From contig OZ244651.1 of assembly GCA_965218695.1 (NCBI GenBank), forward strand, positions 1,568,001 through 1,632,000: a DNA stretch of 64,000 bases, written 5' to 3'. The notes below the pieces were generated by a model. It did no database searches and was not told where the DNA came from. It was given only the letters and a program-made list of their open reading frames with translations. Shown piece by piece: positions 62,301 through 64,000 of the stretch (position 1 is the stretch's first letter; each line of letters opens with the position of its first letter). Position numbers and translations under genes: made by a program. The DNA comes from Nitrosopumilus sp. Lineage in GTDB: Archaea; Thermoproteota; Nitrososphaeria; Nitrososphaerales; Nitrosopumilaceae.

Positions 62301-64000
62301 GCAGCGTCCGGACGGCTTTTGCGCGGTGCGGGGACGCCCTGTCCACCAGGACGGCAACCTTCCCAAAATGCCTCTGCATGGCCTTGAGATAAGCAACAAA
62401 AGTGGGCGCGTTAAACCCGCTGGCAGTCCTGAAGAACTGCCTGCCATCCATTGTAATTGAACCGTACGCGGTAATTCTTTTGTGGCTTCCAGTGTATGGC
62501 ACGGTTATTGGCACCCCCACGGGGGACCAATACTTGCGGCCAGATTTTACGTCGTGTATGAAGAACGCCTCGTCTTGCACGGCCAGGACAAAACCGTCTT
62601 TTTCTAGGCGTGAAATTCTCTTTTTGAGGCGATATTGCCAGCTTTTTACGGCTGCCTTGGTGGCCCTGTTGATGTGGATCCTTTGCGACCCCTTGGGGGA
62701 CAGACCGTATTTTTGCATGATTTTCCTGATGTTCGTCCTGTGCATCTTTGTTCCCGTCTCCCTGTGTATGACCTGTTGCAGTTCGGCAGGAGTGGTCTTG
62801 AACCGGTCTACCTTGTCCAGTATGCCGTCCATTGCTTCAGGTGAAATCTTGGGCGGCCTGCCGGATCTGGGAAGATCCCGGAGGCCTTGTAGACCTCCAT
62901 TCTCGAAGCGTTCCAGCCAGTTGCGTACCCACCTGGGACATCGCAGAAGATTGACGGCCGCATCATCTATGCTCATTTTACGAAAATGTACCATGTGTAC
63001 TGCAAGCATTCTGGCTCCCACCCTGAGGTCCTTTTCTTTTTTGTATGCTACTTCGAGTTCTTCCCGTGTTACTTTGATCATGCCGCGTTAGGCGACCGGC
63101 TGATCTACATAGTTTTCGGTCTGAGGTGCTGAACTTGGAACGAACTTTCACTTTTCACTATAGTACAAATACTGGCTACTGGCAACCCTGAATCAATTGA
63201 CAGTGAATTAGAAAGCATCTTTGGCAGTGACGCAAGACGAGTTTTGGAGGAACATTATGAGTATTTTGAATACCAAAGACCGATTGCACCCGTGGACATA
63301 TCTGCAACTAAGATACAACTGCGGGACATAGTATGTCCAAACGACATATTTTACAAGTTTACTCAGAACGATTCTGTGCTGAGAGACGGCATACATTGCG
63401 GCTCAGAGTCCTCATTGGAGTATTATTCCGAAATACCGCTTGACGTCTATGATCGTAATGAGGCAATGAAGATACTTACAATCAACACGGATTCTGCCAC
63501 CATGTCTGAAAAAAACATACTTGTTGATACCCGAGACAATACGCCGGCACGTGATGAATGGGGTAGATCACGGCAGCCAAACAAAGCAGTATTGCCCCCT
63601 CCTTACTATTATCTCGGGGAACCGTGTTCCAACAATGCATTGTATGCCACCTTTGAAATTCCAGAACAAGTAAGGGTGGGAGATGCATTTGATGCGGTGC
63701 TTACGTATAACTGGAAGATACCAAACCCGAATTGGGGTGTGATGTCAGAGGATGATAGAAAAACCATGCAAAGTCTGCGAGATGAGTATATCCCACTGGC
63801 AGAAACAGAGGAAATGGCAGGCAACAACCATACAACTTTCACTGAGCAAGAATTAGACGATCTTGACGATCAGTTGGACGCAATGCTTGAACAGATGGAG
63901 GAAATTCTGGATAAATATGGGCTAGACGGCCATGATTTCAACATATATGGATACCAGATAGCAGAATATTATCCGGAATGCAAGGAGCCCACTCTGAGTA
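59368..64000 (+). pseudogene. Large secreted/surface protein with a YVTN/YncE-type beta-propeller, split by IS630; runs off the window end
   Basis: Signal peptide; repeated IAVNPETNTLYV / VNSATNKIYV...VIDG blades; ACVK..T..KL..RGW motif. Removing 62059-63160 plus one TA gives ...ALSHL|VQILATGNPES..., open to base 64000. Confidence 0.85.
62059..63160 (-). mobile_element. IS630-family element, copy 2 (transposase 62068-63081)
   Basis: TA duplication at 62057-58 and 63161-62; ends TAGTGGCGATCAAAAGTTC / TAGTGAAAAGTGAAAGTTC; close relative of 40741-41835. Confidence 0.94.

Overview
Archaeal chromosomal segment, most likely Nitrososphaerota (Nitrosopumilaceae-like). This rests on aRF1, TBP, DUF6659-type proteins and a CxxxxxxxxxxACVK..T..KL..RGW surface-protein motif; a host-associated lifestyle is an inference from the heavy IS load (roughly 18 kb of the 64 kb). 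Bases 1-18 kb form a defence island: DUF262/GmrSD-like gene, Type ISP restriction-modification enzyme, AbiV-like HEPN gene and a Hachiman-like hamAB pair. Bases 19.8-38.5 kb are mostly housekeeping genes (UbiA, AKR, livG/F-like ATPases, aRF1, HIT, ilvD, DinG/XPD helicase). Bases 38.7-58.4 kb are a decayed accessory region: atypical tyrosine integrase, TBP, thermonuclease, broken SNF2-type helicase, Vsr and nested IS66/IS630/ISH3/IS5/IS110 elements. The window ends in a large beta-propeller surface-protein gene split by IS630. The standout is the Type ISP locus. Its target-recognition region is interrupted by 88 perfect copies of an 11-bp unit that is stop-free in all three frames. This is followed by a second, diverged copy of a TRD segment hidden in the third frame, and then by a translationally coupled C-terminal ORF. 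Repeat number modulo 3 would select one of three protein products, making this a candidate repeat-driven specificity or phase switch. All family calls are by motif recognition only; no searches were run.
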